IMG/VR virus record: IMGVR_UViG_3300032224_000970
Span: 64,001 to 128,000 of that record
Source: a virus
Length of the DNA stretch: 64,000 nt
Direction: 5' to 3' (one strand)
Part shown: in pieces, positions 46,622 to 56,108 of the stretch
Layout: every line of letters begins with the position of its first letter
Position numbering within the stretch: the first letter of the stretch is position 1
Notes under the pieces: generated by a model
Told to the model about the DNA's origin: nothing
Databases searched by the model: none
What the model saw: only the letters and a program-made list of their open reading frames with translations
Made by a program: the position numbers and the translations under genes

Positions 46622-49063
46622 ATGAATTTTAAACAATTTACTGCAAAACTTAATGAATCCGCTACGGAGTTGGACAAACATATATCTGATTTTTCTAAAG
46701 GTGTTAAGTCCTCAGCTGCAAAACACTCTACATACAAAAGTGGTGGTGGTAAGATTCATAACATGAAGCATGTTGAAACTGACTCTGATCATCAGAAAGT
46801 ATTTGACCATCTAAAGAAGATGGGTTATAAAAAGACTTCTGGATATGATCCAAAGCCAAATCAGTTTGATATGCATCACAATCGTGATTCAATGACTTCA
46901 AAGAGCGATCCTGTTCACCATTCATCTGGTGTTTCTGCTCATATTGAACAAGAACATGGTGGTAAAATGAAAGTCCACTTTACTCATCGTCATATGAAAG
47001 AAGAAGTAGAGTTAGACGAAGCAACTACTGGTGCTACTAAGTTGGTGCATACAAGAAAAGGTGCTGATGGTGCCAAGTATCACATTATGCAAGACTCTCC
47101 TACCGATTATTCTGTTCATAGAGAACATAAAGGTAAGACTACTCATATCGATACTTACAGTTCTTTACATAGAGCAAAGTCTGTTCTAGATAACGAAGTT
47201 AAAGAAGAAGTAGAGTTAGACGAAGCCACTGTTAATACTAAAAAGTATTCATGGGGAACTATGAAGACTGTGCATCATGGCGCTGACTTCTCAATTCCTT
47301 TACATCCTGAACATCACCAAGCTATCGCTAAGTTAAAAGATGAACAGGAACATCACTTCAAAGATGAAACAGGTCGTCATTGGACTGCTCGTCGTAAGGG
47401 TGAAGATGTTCATTTCCAAGGTGCTAATGGTGGTAGTTCTACTAAAGTCCCACATTCAACTATGTCCGAAGAAGTTGAATTGGATGAAGATATTTCTAAA
47501 ATGTCAACTGACAAGTTGAAAAAACATTGGGATACTCATAAAGATCAAACTGGTGCATCACCTGTTTTCGCAGCCCAACTTAAAAAAGTTGCTAAAGAGT
47601 TGGCGAAACGTAAAGCATTAAACAAAGAAGAAACAGAATTAGATGAGGTATTAAATCCATCTATGGGTGCTGGCGAATACATCAAAGATTTTCAAAAATC
47701 TGATGCACCTCAATTTAAAGGTAAATCAAAGGAGAAAAAACGTATGATGGGAATTGCCGCATACCTACAAGCCAAACGTGATATGAAAGAACAAGCACCT
47801 GTTGCTCCAACTATTGATAGAAAATATATCAAGGGAACTCCAGAGAACAAAGCGCATAAAGAAAAGAACAAACCGATCAATGGTCATCCAACCAATAAGA
47901 TGAAAGAAGAAGTTGAAATGGATGAAGCATTTATCAATGGTCGTGAGTATGCATCACATGGTTTAATGCACCCTGATCATGCTAAGATGGATATTCATCA
48001 GCCAGCTAATCGAGAAGTTGACTTCTATGCTAGTAAAACTGGCAACAAGATGTCTGGTAAAGTTATGAAGAATGATGGTAAACAAGTCCACATTCAAGCA
48101 CATAAGGAACTGGGAGATGGTAAATTGCATAAATTTAAAGTAACGCCACACTTACCAAAATCAACTAATGAAGAAGTTGATTATATTGAAGAACTGAATA
48201 GTTCTGATATTGCTAAAATCCATAGCGACGCAGCAGCGCATCATGCAGCTACCCTTGCAAAGAAACCTGAGCAAAAACCAAAAAGCATGTTGGACAAAGT
48301 TAAAGATACTTGGGCAAAAGCAGACCCAAAGAAATATAAGAAGTATTACGCCAACGAAGAAACTAAGAAGCAAGATGCTCCATTTGATGGACCATATAAA
48401 AAGACTCCAGGTTCTACTACCGACAAGTCTGGTGCTGTTCATACACCAATGTCACGTGCAAGACATCTAGCACGTATGGCTATGCAAAAGAAAATGAAAG
48501 AAGAGTTTGACGTAGAGATCGATGACGCATTAGCAGATTCATTGGTTGAAACTGTTCTTGATGAAAACATCTGGTTGGATGAAAATCTTGTTGGTGGTCA
48601 AAAGAAACTTGACAAAAACAACAATGGTAAACTAGATGCTGAAGATTTCAAGAAACTACGCAAAGAAGAAAAAGAATGTCCTGACTGCCACAAGCCAATG
48701 AGTAAGTGCGAGTGCAGTATGAATGAGTCAATTGACTTTGATGATGAAGGTAATTTGGTTGTAGAGAAAATTTCTTACTCCAACTTCATCAGAAATCTTC
48801 AAGAAATTAAACTATCCGATCTTCCAGTTCGTAAAGTAACTGGTCGTGCTTATGGCGGTGGCGCACAGAAAGATGCACCTGAGCATGATGAGGATGATGA
48901 CAAACCGAAAGCGAAACCAGAACCAGCTGAAAAGCGTGGTCGTGGTAGACCTGTTGGTTCTAAATCTGGCGCCAATCAAAAGGTAACGAGCGGAACTAAA
49001 CGCAGCGGTGTTGACTACACTGGTTACAAATTACATCTGCCAAACACAAATAAATCTTATTAA
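46622..49063 (+). CDS. modular polyprotein with repeated EEVELDE-type linkers; probable internal head protein precursor
   Basis: MNFKQFTAKLNE leader and about 10 acidic linkers separating His/Lys-rich modules. Confidence 0.7.
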   Translation: MNFKQFTAKLNESATELDKHISDFSKGVKSSAAKHSTYKSGGGKIHNMKHVETDSDHQKVFDHLKKMGYKKTSGYDPKPNQFDMHHNRDSMTSKSDPVHHSSGVSAHIEQEHGGKMKVHFTHRHMKEEVELDEATTGATKLVHTRKGADGAKYHIMQDSPTDYSVHREHKGKTTHIDTYSSLHRAKSVLDNEVKEEVELDEATVNTKKYSWGTMKTVHHGADFSIPLHPEHHQAIAKLKDEQEHHFKDETGRHWTARRKGEDVHFQGANGGSSTKVPHSTMSEEVELDEDISKMSTDKLKKHWDTHKDQTGASPVFAAQLKKVAKELAKRKALNKEETELDEVLNPSMGAGEYIKDFQKSDAPQFKGKSKEKKRMMGIAAYLQAKRDMKEQAPVAPTIDRKYIKGTPENKAHKEKNKPINGHPTNKMKEEVEMDEAFINGREYASHGLMHPDHAKMDIHQPANREVDFYASKTGNKMSGKVMKNDGKQVHIQAHKELGDGKLHKFKVTPHLPKSTNEEVDYIEELNSSDIAKIHSDAAAHHAATLAKKPEQKPKSMLDKVKDTWAKADPKKYKKYYANEETKKQDAPFDGPYKKTPGSTTDKSGAVHTPMSRARHLARMAMQKKMKEEFDVEIDDALADSLVETVLDENIWLDENLVGGQKKLDKNNNGKLDAEDFKKLRKEEKECPDCHKPMSKCECSMNESIDFDDEGNLVVEKISYSNFIRNLQEIKLSDLPVRKVTGRAYGGGAQKDAPEHDEDDDKPKAKPEPAEKRGRGRPVGSKSGANQKVTSGTKRSGVDYTGYKLHLPNTNKSY
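46997..47226 (+). repeat. 26-bp perfect direct repeat encoding the KEEVELDEA linker
   Basis: aaagaagaagtagagttagacgaagc at 46997-47022 and 47201-47226. Confidence 0.9.
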
Positions 49064-49075
49064 GGAGAAACAAAA

Positions 49076-50350
49076 ATGGCATTATGGGGAAACAAAGATA
49101 GTAAGACTGCTTCTGGTACTGTAAGCATCGCATCAACTGGTGTCGTTACTGGGTCTAGCACTTCATTTCTATCTCAAGCAAGAATCGGTGATATTCTAAC
49201 AGCGAATAGCGTTGAATATCAAATCGTAACTATTACTAGCAATACTGTTGCTAAAGTAATTATGGGACGCAACAATGGTAATGGATCAGTTACTACTTGT
49301 TCTGCTCAATCCTATACTCTATCTGAAAAACCAACATTCGTTCCACACGAATCACGTTCTTCAAGCAGCGACTCTGGTGATTCAGCAGTAGTATATGGTG
49401 TTGACGCTACTGAAGCAACTGCTGGTGGCGATAACGTCTCTGCAGTTTCTGTTGGTACTATCGCTGGTACTCGTTACCTTGGTACTGCTCCAGCAGTAAC
49501 ATTCTCTGGTGGTGGTGGTTCTTCTGCTGCAGCTACTGCAACTATCTCTGGTGGTGCAGTTACAGCAATTACTGTTACTAACACTGGTACTTCTTATACT
49601 TCAGCACCAACTGTTACTGTTGCTAAACCTGCTCGTATTATTCCTACTTCTGGTATCACTATTGGTACTGATACTGTTGCTTACACTGCACACGGCTTAG
49701 TTGCTGGTGAAGCAGTTAAGTATAACAATGGTGGATCTACTACAGCTACTGGTTTAACTTCTGGTACAACTTACTATGTGGCTACTGCTGGTTTGACTGC
49801 TAACGCATTCGAAGTTAAAGCAGCAACAACTACTGGTACTCTTGCAGCTACTGTTGCTACTTCTGGTACTGCTGGTCAATTTACTTGCGGTGCTTCTACT
49901 CTTGCTGCTTCTGATCGTGTTACTATCACTGGTACAAATACTGGTACAGGTACTATCACTGGTTATGCATCTGGTACAACTTATAAAGTTTCTGCAGTTA
50001 CTGGTACTTCACCAAGCGTAACTGGTTTCACTTTAACAACTGAGGCTGGTTCTGCTTTAACTACTACTGCTGGTACTTTGGTTGGTTTGACTTATACAAC
50101 TGAAACAGTTATCGATATCTCTGGTACTGGTAACAATGCTCAGTACTTTGAAATCCAAGCTGCAGCTGATCAAGCAATCGCTACTGCTGCACTAGGTGAT
50201 GGTGCTGTTGGTGGTTCACAGCATGCTGGTTGGGTTCGTCGTACTGTTGGTACTGGTGGTCGTGCTGGTCGTGTTCAGTATGAAACTTTAGTTGCCATGG
50301 GTTCAATCACTGGTGACGCAGCTGACGATATCGCTTTCAAAGATAGTTAA
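49076..50350 (+). CDS. Thr/Gly/Ala-rich virion structural (fibre-like) protein
   Basis: MALWGNKD start and HAGWVRR...GRVQYETLVAM end, typical of T4-like virion proteins. Confidence 0.7.
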   Translation: MALWGNKDSKTASGTVSIASTGVVTGSSTSFLSQARIGDILTANSVEYQIVTITSNTVAKVIMGRNNGNGSVTTCSAQSYTLSEKPTFVPHESRSSSSDSGDSAVVYGVDATEATAGGDNVSAVSVGTIAGTRYLGTAPAVTFSGGGGSSAAATATISGGAVTAITVTNTGTSYTSAPTVTVAKPARIIPTSGITIGTDTVAYTAHGLVAGEAVKYNNGGSTTATGLTSGTTYYVATAGLTANAFEVKAATTTGTLAATVATSGTAGQFTCGASTLAASDRVTITGTNTGTGTITGYASGTTYKVSAVTGTSPSVTGFTLTTEAGSALTTTAGTLVGLTYTTETVIDISGTGNNAQYFEIQAAADQAIATAALGDGAVGGSQHAGWVRRTVGTGGRAGRVQYETLVAMGSITGDAADDIAFKDS

Positions 50351-50363
50351 TAAATACTATGGA

Positions 50364-50392
50364 GAGGGGAGAAGTCCTCCCCTCATTTTTTT
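50364..50392 (+). terminator. stem-loop with T tract
   Basis: gagggga-gaagtcc-tcccctc followed by attttttt. Confidence 0.7.
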
Positions 50393-50404
50393 ACAATGGA
50401 GTGA

Positions 50405-50611
50405 ATGATGTTGGATGAAAATACTATTAATGTTGAGATAGATGCATTAAAGAAGGAACATAGCAAAAAGATGGATCTTCTTCAGCAATTACGTAACAGT
50501 ATTGCACAAACTGAAGCTGAGATTCATCATTTAAGTGGTGCTGTTGCTATGTGTGAAAAATTATTAAATATGACCAGTGATAAAGTTGACAATGCACGAA
50601 AAGTTAAATGA
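50405..50611 (+). CDS. small coiled-coil protein
   Basis: Heptad pattern; RBS GGAG. Confidence 0.55.
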   Translation: MMLDENTINVEIDALKKEHSKKMDLLQQLRNSIAQTEAEIHHLSGAVAMCEKLLNMTSDKVDNARKVK

Positions 50612-50969
50612 GAATAATTTCTTAATCTATGCAATGCATCATTATGATAATCCGCAGTGTCATAGTCTCGAGGAATTTGAAGAAGATTTAAAGAAGTTTG
50701 TTTATCTGAAGAAACTTCTTTCTCGTTATAAAAAAGATAACGAGCTACGAGAACGATTGATACTGAATCATATTATAGTTTTATATAATGTGTTCGGAGA
50801 CGCTGCTACTAATATGATGTTTTATAAGATTGATGAATCGTGTTGGGATACTCTAATTACTTTTCTGGTGTACTTAGAAAGAATGCCAGAGGAACTTGCT
50901 GAATACTCAATCAAGTTATCAGATTATATGTTGGATGAACGAGTTATTTCTAGTCTAAGGAAAATATGA
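50592..50969 (+). CDS. conserved T4-like hypothetical protein
   Basis: NFLIYAMHHYDNPQC, EFEEDL and ERLILNHIIVLYNVFG. Confidence 0.75.
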   Translation: MHEKLNENNFLIYAMHHYDNPQCHSLEEFEEDLKKFVYLKKLLSRYKKDNELRERLILNHIIVLYNVFGDAATNMMFYKIDESCWDTLITFLVYLERMPEELAEYSIKLSDYMLDERVISSLRKI

Positions 50970-51502
50970 GTCGCATTGTTGACAACTTAATTGCCTTTCG
51001 CATACTGCAGAAGTTAGTAAGACCATTCAAAGATACGGATGCTTACCGACTTGGCATTATCGATGATAAGGGAAAGAATCTCGTAAAGAGTAATACATTT
51101 ACAACATCCGATCAACGAGATGCGTATACTTACCTAGATCGTTTAGTGTTCAATGTAAAGAAACTAATCAATCGTCTTCCAGGTGGCGAGAGCAAGATGA
51201 AGAATCTTGTTGCTGCGCTTTGGTTGATAAAAGAATATTATGAGAAGAATGATAGAAGCACTTCTCTAATGGCAGAAAGATACACTAGGATCCTCGAGAA
51301 AATTGATGATGGTGTTGTCTTAGTTGAAGAAGAAATTACAGTAAAGAAATTTCTTCAAAGTTTAGAAGAAGATGGTGCAGTAGGTGGTGTTGCTAATGTA
51401 ACAGGCGCAGCAGTATCAACTGACCAACCAAAAATTGATAAGAAGAATATCAAGAAGTATCAAATGATGGCAAGGAGAAAACCAATAAATGTGGGTGCTT
51501 AG
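50966..51502 (+). CDS. conserved T4-like hypothetical protein
   Basis: AYRLGIIDDKGK, DRLVFNVKKL and AALWLIKE. Confidence 0.7.
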   Translation: MSRIVDNLIAFRILQKLVRPFKDTDAYRLGIIDDKGKNLVKSNTFTTSDQRDAYTYLDRLVFNVKKLINRLPGGESKMKNLVAALWLIKEYYEKNDRSTSLMAERYTRILEKIDDGVVLVEEEITVKKFLQSLEEDGAVGGVANVTGAAVSTDQPKIDKKNIKKYQMMARRKPINVGA

Positions 51503-51938
51503 TTTCATACCCGATTCTCTTTTATATTTTGCAGTACTATCAATTTTATTTGCTGGTATTGCGCTTTATGCCGTAAGTTTCTTCACAAAATTTATACCTC
51601 CATTAATTCCATATTCAAGTGGTACCAGAATACTTGGTACCATTTTAACCATAGTTGGTGTATACTTCTATGGCAGTTACGCTACCGAAGAAGAGTGGCG
51701 TAGTAAAGTAAGCGAAGCACAGGCTAAAGTAGATGCTGCTGAAGCCGAATCTAAGAAGGTCAACACTGTTATTCAGACAAAGGTTGTTGAGAAGGTTAAG
51801 TTAGTCAAGGATGTTCAGGTTGTAATTCAAGAGAAGATCGTTGAGAAAGAAAAGATTATTGATGCTGAGTGTAAAGTTGTACCAGAAGCAATAGATTTAT
51901 TAAACGAAGCTGCGAAGCGACCAGAGGTTAAGAAATGA
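51489..51938 (+). CDS. putative inner-membrane spanin (Rz-like)
   Basis: N-terminal TM segments, coiled coil and C-terminal Cys; overlaps a lipoprotein gene. Confidence 0.65.
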   Translation: MWVLSFIPDSLLYFAVLSILFAGIALYAVSFFTKFIPPLIPYSSGTRILGTILTIVGVYFYGSYATEEEWRSKVSEAQAKVDAAEAESKKVNTVIQTKVVEKVKLVKDVQVVIQEKIVEKEKIIDAECKVVPEAIDLLNEAAKRPEVKK

Positions 51939-52195
51939 AAAAACTTCTGCTAATCACTATTATGTTATTGGTTGGTTGCTCTACTGCACCAATCGTTCCA
52001 AAATTTCCAGATGTTCCGCAAGAGTTATTGACGGAATGTCCAGATTTAAAACAAACAGAGCCTACTACTAAGCTAAGTGATGTTGTGAAGGTTGTTGCTG
52101 ATAATTACGGTCGTTATCATGAGTGTCGTATTAAAGCTGAGGTGTGGACTGAATGGTATAAAACACAGAAAAAGATTTTCGAGGGTGTAAAGTAA
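51935..52195 (+). CDS. putative outer-membrane spanin lipoprotein (Rz1-like)
   Basis: Lipobox LLVGC, Pro-rich segment, ECPDL...NY..YHEC. Confidence 0.75.
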   Translation: MKKLLLITIMLLVGCSTAPIVPKFPDVPQELLTECPDLKQTEPTTKLSDVVKVVADNYGRYHECRIKAEVWTEWYKTQKKIFEGVK

Positions 52196-52530
52196 TGGCG
52201 ACACAAAGACTAGACATTGAGAGGATTGCTAAATTGGAAGCGCAAATGGAAGACCTAAAAACCGATGTTGCCGATGTCAAGCAAGACATTAAAGAATTGC
52301 ATTCTCGTATCACAACTGGTAATCGTGAGATCATGGACAAGATCGACACTACAGTTGCCACTCTTGCAACAGCAGACGAAGAACAACATAAACTCATTAC
52401 AAAGACTTTGAATGAAGTTAAAGAACGTGTAGATATTCTTGAGAAGTGGAGATTTATGATTGTTGGTGGTGCTATTGCACTTGGCTATCTAATGTCACAT
52501 TTGTCAATTTTCGAAAAATTTTTTAAATAA
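52195..52530 (+). CDS. coiled-coil protein with C-terminal TM segment (holin/XhlA-like)
   Basis: LEKWRFMIVGGAIALG; next to the spanins. Confidence 0.5.
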   Translation: MATQRLDIERIAKLEAQMEDLKTDVADVKQDIKELHSRITTGNREIMDKIDTTVATLATADEEQHKLITKTLNEVKERVDILEKWRFMIVGGAIALGYLMSHLSIFEKFFK

Positions 52531-52532
52531 AT

Positions 52533-52561
52533 TTGCTTTGCAATATGAAAAGGGGTATACT
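52533..52561 (+). promoter_or_regulatory. sigma70-type promoter
   Basis: TTGCTT-17 bp-TATACT upstream of primase. Confidence 0.6.
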
Positions 52562-52591
52562 TACGGTGTAGCCCTTTGAGTGAGAGATATT

Positions 52592-53608
52592 ATGTTATAC
52601 ATTGATGCGAAGTATGCAAACATCTTGGGTAGTCGCCTAAGAAACTTCAAACAAAAGAATGATTATGTTTGGAACTATTCATGTCCAGTTTGCGGAGATA
52701 GTTCTAAGAACAAATTGAAAGCACGTGGATATATCTACCGTAAGAAGTCAGATCTATTCGTGAAGTGTCACAATTGTCAGTATGGCAGCAACATTGGCAA
52801 TCTTATTAAGCATGTTGATCCCGTCCTTTATAATGAGTATGTCTTGGAGCGTTATAAATCTGGCGCAACAAGATACAATGACCATAAAGACGTAGCAGAA
52901 ATTCTCCCCAAAGAAACCGAACTACTAGAGGATGATATTCTCAGTGGTTTGAAACGACTTGATCGTATGGATGAATCACACCCAGCAGTTAAGTATGTGA
53001 TTGACAGAAAGATACCGAAGGATAAGTGGTATCTTTTGTATTTTTCACCGAAGTTTAAAGCATTTACGAATACTGTCAATCCAAAGTTTCAAGAACCGAT
53101 CGAGGGTGACCATCCTCGTATGATCATTCCATACTTCACAGCTGCAGGTAAGTGTTTTGCTTTTGCTGCTCGAGCATATGGAAACGAAGAGCCTAAGTAT
53201 TACACAATCAAGGTAGATGAGACACAGGAGAAAATTTATGGTATGGATAGATTGGACTTTTCTAGAAGAATTTATGTGGTGGAAGGACCCATTGACTCGC
53301 TATGCATTCCAAATGCAATTGCTGTGTCAGGAGCAAGTTTTGATACCCCTACTATTCGCCAGTTGCTTACTAACGCAACGATTGTAATGGACAATGAACC
53401 TCGCAATAAAGACATAGTAAAACAACTTGCTAAGTATATCGATTTAGGGTATAATGTATTCTTATATCCAGATAATGTCAAAGAAAAAGATTTGAACGAG
53501 ATGATCCTATCTGGAACTACTCCGAACGAAATTTTAGAAATGATAAATACAAATACCTTCACAGGTATCGAAGCCAAATTGAAATTTAGTACATGGAGAA
53601 AAACGTGA
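52592..53608 (+). CDS. gp61: DNA primase gp61
   Basis: CPVCGDS...KARG...CHNC zinc finger; EGPIDS; DNEPRN; KDLNEM. Confidence 0.97.
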   Translation: MLYIDAKYANILGSRLRNFKQKNDYVWNYSCPVCGDSSKNKLKARGYIYRKKSDLFVKCHNCQYGSNIGNLIKHVDPVLYNEYVLERYKSGATRYNDHKDVAEILPKETELLEDDILSGLKRLDRMDESHPAVKYVIDRKIPKDKWYLLYFSPKFKAFTNTVNPKFQEPIEGDHPRMIIPYFTAAGKCFAFAARAYGNEEPKYYTIKVDETQEKIYGMDRLDFSRRIYVVEGPIDSLCIPNAIAVSGASFDTPTIRQLLTNATIVMDNEPRNKDIVKQLAKYIDLGYNVFLYPDNVKEKDLNEMILSGTTPNEILEMINTNTFTGIEAKLKFSTWRKT

Positions 53609-54279
53609 AAGTACAGTTAATAAGTTACAGCCAACCCGATACCTACTTCGTGGAGAACACCACAGAATTGATTGCGTTCTGTGCAAGAGTATCAAATCCC
53701 AGCAATCAAAATAACACAGATACATCAGAGAAGTTAATTCGCTATCTAATTAAAAACAAACACTGGTCACCACTAGAGATGGTTTCTATGTGTTTAGAGA
53801 TAGTAACTACTCGAGATATCGCAAGGCAGATCTTGCGCCATCGTTCTTTTTCATTTCAAGAGTTTAGTCAGCGTTATGCTGACCCAACCAAGGAACTAGA
53901 TTTTGTACTACGAGAAGCAAGATTACAAGACACAAAAAACAGACAGAATAGCGTAGAGTTAGACTACAGCAATGACGACCATCGTCGTCTAGCAGCACAG
54001 TGGGAAGTTTTACAAAATGAAATTATCCGACGTGCAAAAGAAGCATACTCATGGGCTATTGACAAGGGCATCGCCAAAGAACAAGCAAGAGCAGTATTAC
54101 CAGAGGGATTGACTGAAAGTCGTATATACATGAATGGTACGTTGCGTAGCTGGATTCATTTCATTGAACTCCGATCTGCAAATGGTACTCAAAAGGAACA
54201 TCAGTTAGTAGCACTAGAATGTGCAAAGGTTATTGCCACAGTATTCCCAATGGCAACTGAATTAGTAAATAAAGAATAA
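53605..54279 (+). CDS. thyX: flavin-dependent thymidylate synthase ThyX
   Basis: HWSPLE, QILRHRSFSFQEFSQRY and LRSWIHFIELR. Confidence 0.97.
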   Translation: MKVQLISYSQPDTYFVENTTELIAFCARVSNPSNQNNTDTSEKLIRYLIKNKHWSPLEMVSMCLEIVTTRDIARQILRHRSFSFQEFSQRYADPTKELDFVLREARLQDTKNRQNSVELDYSNDDHRRLAAQWEVLQNEIIRRAKEAYSWAIDKGIAKEQARAVLPEGLTESRIYMNGTLRSWIHFIELRSANGTQKEHQLVALECAKVIATVFPMATELVNKE

Positions 54280-54295
54280 GAACATCGGAGTAAAA

Positions 54296-56104
54296 ATGGA
54301 AAGTATTGTGCATGGCATAAAGGTGGATTACACCCGAGACAGTTTGTTTGATGAATTAGGTAAGTTAAGATTAAAAGAAAGTTACATGAAGGATGAGGAA
54401 GTATCTCCTCAAGAAAGGTTCGCTTATGTTTCGATCACTTTTGGAAGCAATCCAGACCATGCTCAGCGTCTGTATAATTACTCCAGCAATCATTGGCTTA
54501 GTTATTCTACTCCAATTCTTTCTTTTGGTCGTTCTAAGCGTGGCATGCCTATATCATGTTTTCTTAACTACATTGAAGATACAGCAGAGGGTCTAGTTGA
54601 TAATCTATCTGAAACTAATTGGCTTAGTATGTTGGGTGGTGGTGTCGGTATCGGTTTTGGTATCAGGTCTGCTGATGACAAGTCAACTGGCGTCATGCCA
54701 CACCTCAAAATGTATGATGCGTCCTCGCTGGCTTACAGACAAGGTCGTACTCGCAGAGGCAGTTACGCTGCTTATCTTGACATATCTCATCCTGATATTA
54801 TCAATTTTCTAGAGATGCGCAAGCCAACAGGTGACCAGAATATGCGTTGCCTTAATTTACATCATGGGCTAAACATCACTGATGACTTCATGCAGATTAT
54901 TGAGAACTGTATGTTGGATCCAGAAGCAGACGATTCCTGGGAGTTGAAGGATCCACATAGTGGAGAGATTCGTGAAACTGTATTAGCAAAAGAACTGTGG
55001 CAACGTATCCTTGAGATGCGTATGCAAACTGGCGAACCATACCTACATTTCATTGATGAATCCAATCGTAAACTACCTCAGTGGTTGAAGGAAAAAGGTT
55101 TAAAGGTTCATCAATCAAATCTTTGCTCTGAAATTATTCTACCAACCAATGAAGAACGTACTGCTGTTTGTTGCTTGTCTTCGTTAAACTTGGAGTACTA
55201 TGATGAATGGAAATCAAATAAATTATTTTTGCGTGATGTGGCGGAAATGTTGGACAATGTTCTCAACTATTTTATTGACAATGCTCCTGATACTATCGCA
55301 AGAGCAAAGTATTCAGCAATGCGTGAGCGCAGTATTGGGATTGGTGCTTTGGGTTGGCATGCTCTACTACAACGTAAGAATATTCCATGGGAATCATCCC
55401 AAGCAGTTGGACTCAACAAACAAATCTTCAAACATATCAGAGAGGGATTAGATGACGCCAATAAAGTATTGGGAATGGAGAGAGGTGAGGCACCAGACGC
55501 TGAAGGTACTGGCAATCGTTTCAGCCATCTCATGGCAATTGCTCCCAATGCTTCTTCTTCCATCCTTATGGGCAATACCTCTCCTAGTATTGAACCTTAT
55601 AGGGCTAATGCATATCGCCAAGACACTTTGTCGGGTTCTCACTTAAACAAGAACAAGTGGCTTGATAAAGTTATTCAGAATCACTTGTCTAGCGATGGTG
55701 GAACCATATCGCAAAATGAGTATAATGATATCTGGTCTTCAATCATTGCTAATGATGGTAGCGTTCAACATCTAGATTGGATGGATGAATGGACAAAGGA
55801 TGTATTCAAGACTTCAATGGAGATTGACCAGCGTTGGGTTGTTCAGCATGCTGCTGATCGTCAAGAGTTTATCGACCAAGCCCAATCATTGAATGTTTTC
55901 TTTAGACCAGATAGCCACATCAAGTATATCCATGCTGTGCACTTCCAAGCATGGAAGCAGGGACTGAAGACAATGTACTACTGCCGTAGTGATAAGATTG
56001 CTAAAGCAGATAAAGTATCAAAGCGTATTGAACGAGAAGTAATTAAAGAGATTGATTTACATGCACTGACAGAAGGAAACGACTGCCTTGCTTGCGAAGG
56101 ATAA
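54296..56104 (+). CDS. nrdA: class I ribonucleotide reductase alpha subunit (short, no evident ATP cone)
   Basis: ISCF, QSNLCSEI, AIAPNASSS, YYCRS and C-terminal CLACEG. Confidence 0.97.
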   Translation: MESIVHGIKVDYTRDSLFDELGKLRLKESYMKDEEVSPQERFAYVSITFGSNPDHAQRLYNYSSNHWLSYSTPILSFGRSKRGMPISCFLNYIEDTAEGLVDNLSETNWLSMLGGGVGIGFGIRSADDKSTGVMPHLKMYDASSLAYRQGRTRRGSYAAYLDISHPDIINFLEMRKPTGDQNMRCLNLHHGLNITDDFMQIIENCMLDPEADDSWELKDPHSGEIRETVLAKELWQRILEMRMQTGEPYLHFIDESNRKLPQWLKEKGLKVHQSNLCSEIILPTNEERTAVCCLSSLNLEYYDEWKSNKLFLRDVAEMLDNVLNYFIDNAPDTIARAKYSAMRERSIGIGALGWHALLQRKNIPWESSQAVGLNKQIFKHIREGLDDANKVLGMERGEAPDAEGTGNRFSHLMAIAPNASSSILMGNTSPSIEPYRANAYRQDTLSGSHLNKNKWLDKVIQNHLSSDGGTISQNEYNDIWSSIIANDGSVQHLDWMDEWTKDVFKTSMEIDQRWVVQHAADRQEFIDQAQSLNVFFRPDSHIKYIHAVHFQAWKQGLKTMYYCRSDKIAKADKVSKRIEREVIKEIDLHALTEGNDCLACEG

Positions 56105-56108
56105 AAGG

